From contig JAZKHT010000004.1 of assembly GCA_040385245.1 (NCBI GenBank), forward strand, positions 173,233-237,232: a DNA stretch of 64,000 bases, given 5' to 3'. Made by a program: the position numbers and the translations under genes. Below, in pieces: positions 63,935 to 64,000 of the stretch (positions are counted from its first letter, which is position 1; each line of letters starts with the position of its first letter). The notes beneath the pieces were generated by a model. The model was given only the letters and a program-made list of their open reading frames with translations. It was not told the origin of the DNA and ran no database searches. Source of the DNA: Pseudomonadota bacterium (GTDB lineage Bacteria; Pseudomonadota; Alphaproteobacteria; Rhodobacterales; Rhodobacteraceae).

Positions 63935-64000
63935 CTAAAGCTCCAGTTCGCGTTCCAATGCCTCGCGGATCAGTCGTTGGTAGGGGATGCCGCGCTGGGC
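63935..64000 (-). CDS. C-terminal 21 codons of a gene continuing beyond the window; ending resembles BrnA/CopG-type antitoxins
   Basis: My translation ...AQRGIPYQRLIREALERELEL* (the G-I-x-YQ-x-LI motif is common at antitoxin C-termini). Too short to be sure. Confidence 0.3.
   Translation of the reverse strand, partial: AQRGIPYQRLIREALERELEL

Noticed and set aside
1-64000. Search by eye for tRNA, rRNA, CRISPR arrays, IS elements, integrases, phage or defence-system genes
   Set aside because: - No intergenic region has the size or cloverleaf-like pattern for a tRNA.
- There are no regularly spaced direct repeats.
- No transposase, recombinase, restriction, Cas or abortive-infection-like ORFs were recognised.
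A tRNAscan, Infernal or defence-finder run would be needed to be definitive.

Overview
GC-rich, gene-dense chromosomal segment with alphaproteobacterial, Rhodobacteraceae-like gene content and synteny (inferred only; no search was run). I support about 62 protein-coding genes, mostly in tightly coupled operons with ATGA, TGATG or GTGA overlaps. I saw no rRNA, tRNA, CRISPR array, transposase, integrase or phage genes. ORF-track starts include TTG and GTG codons and are often too far upstream, so many starts were re-placed by reading SD and ATG context.

Gene content, left to right:
- Fatty-acyl/branched-chain module: thiolase, GST, small RHH protein, long acyl-CoA dehydrogenase and two tandem MerR regulators.
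- Two PaaI thioesterases plus a MATE pump.
- TauE/TIGR02186 pair.
- Nucleoside BMP-type ABC operon ending in purine nucleoside phosphorylase.
- rimI-tsaB-nfu, usp, ilvE-like.
- trpS-murJ-glnD block and lpoA-like/rsmI/yraN.
- gshB, comM, cobU-cobC, rpoH.
- chaN-coaBC-dut-moeB-like.
- Amidase, orphan amino-acid ABC parts and dcp.
- From about 42.3 to 63.2 kb, a quaternary-amine catabolic island: CdhR-like regulator, BKACE, carnitine dehydrogenase-thioesterase fusion, acyl-CoA dehydrogenase, ADP-forming acyl-CoA synthetase, CaiD, GMC oxidoreductase, choline sulfatase, CocE/NonD hydrolase, peptide-type ABC transporter, phosphodiesterase-family enzyme, aldolase and esterase.
- cspA, a 25-codon micro-ORF and a truncated antitoxin-like gene end.

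Most notable sequence-level observations:
1. A dispersed hairpin-GGATATTT repeat family. Two convergent pairs enclose a homologous core, giving MITE-like elements of about 230-250 bp; one sits inside the gamma-butyrobetaine/carnitine operon.
2. A 10-bp tandem duplication that frameshifts a 362-codon membrane-protein gene downstream of trpS.
3. A rhomboid homologue lacking the catalytic Ser/His.
4. A possible cobalamin-riboswitch-like leader before chaN.
5. Three TGACGT palindromes at the MerR/acyl-CoA dehydrogenase promoter.
6. An uncharacterised hydrolase/ABC/phosphodiesterase module next to betC.

All protein calls rest on motif recognition from memory, not database searches.
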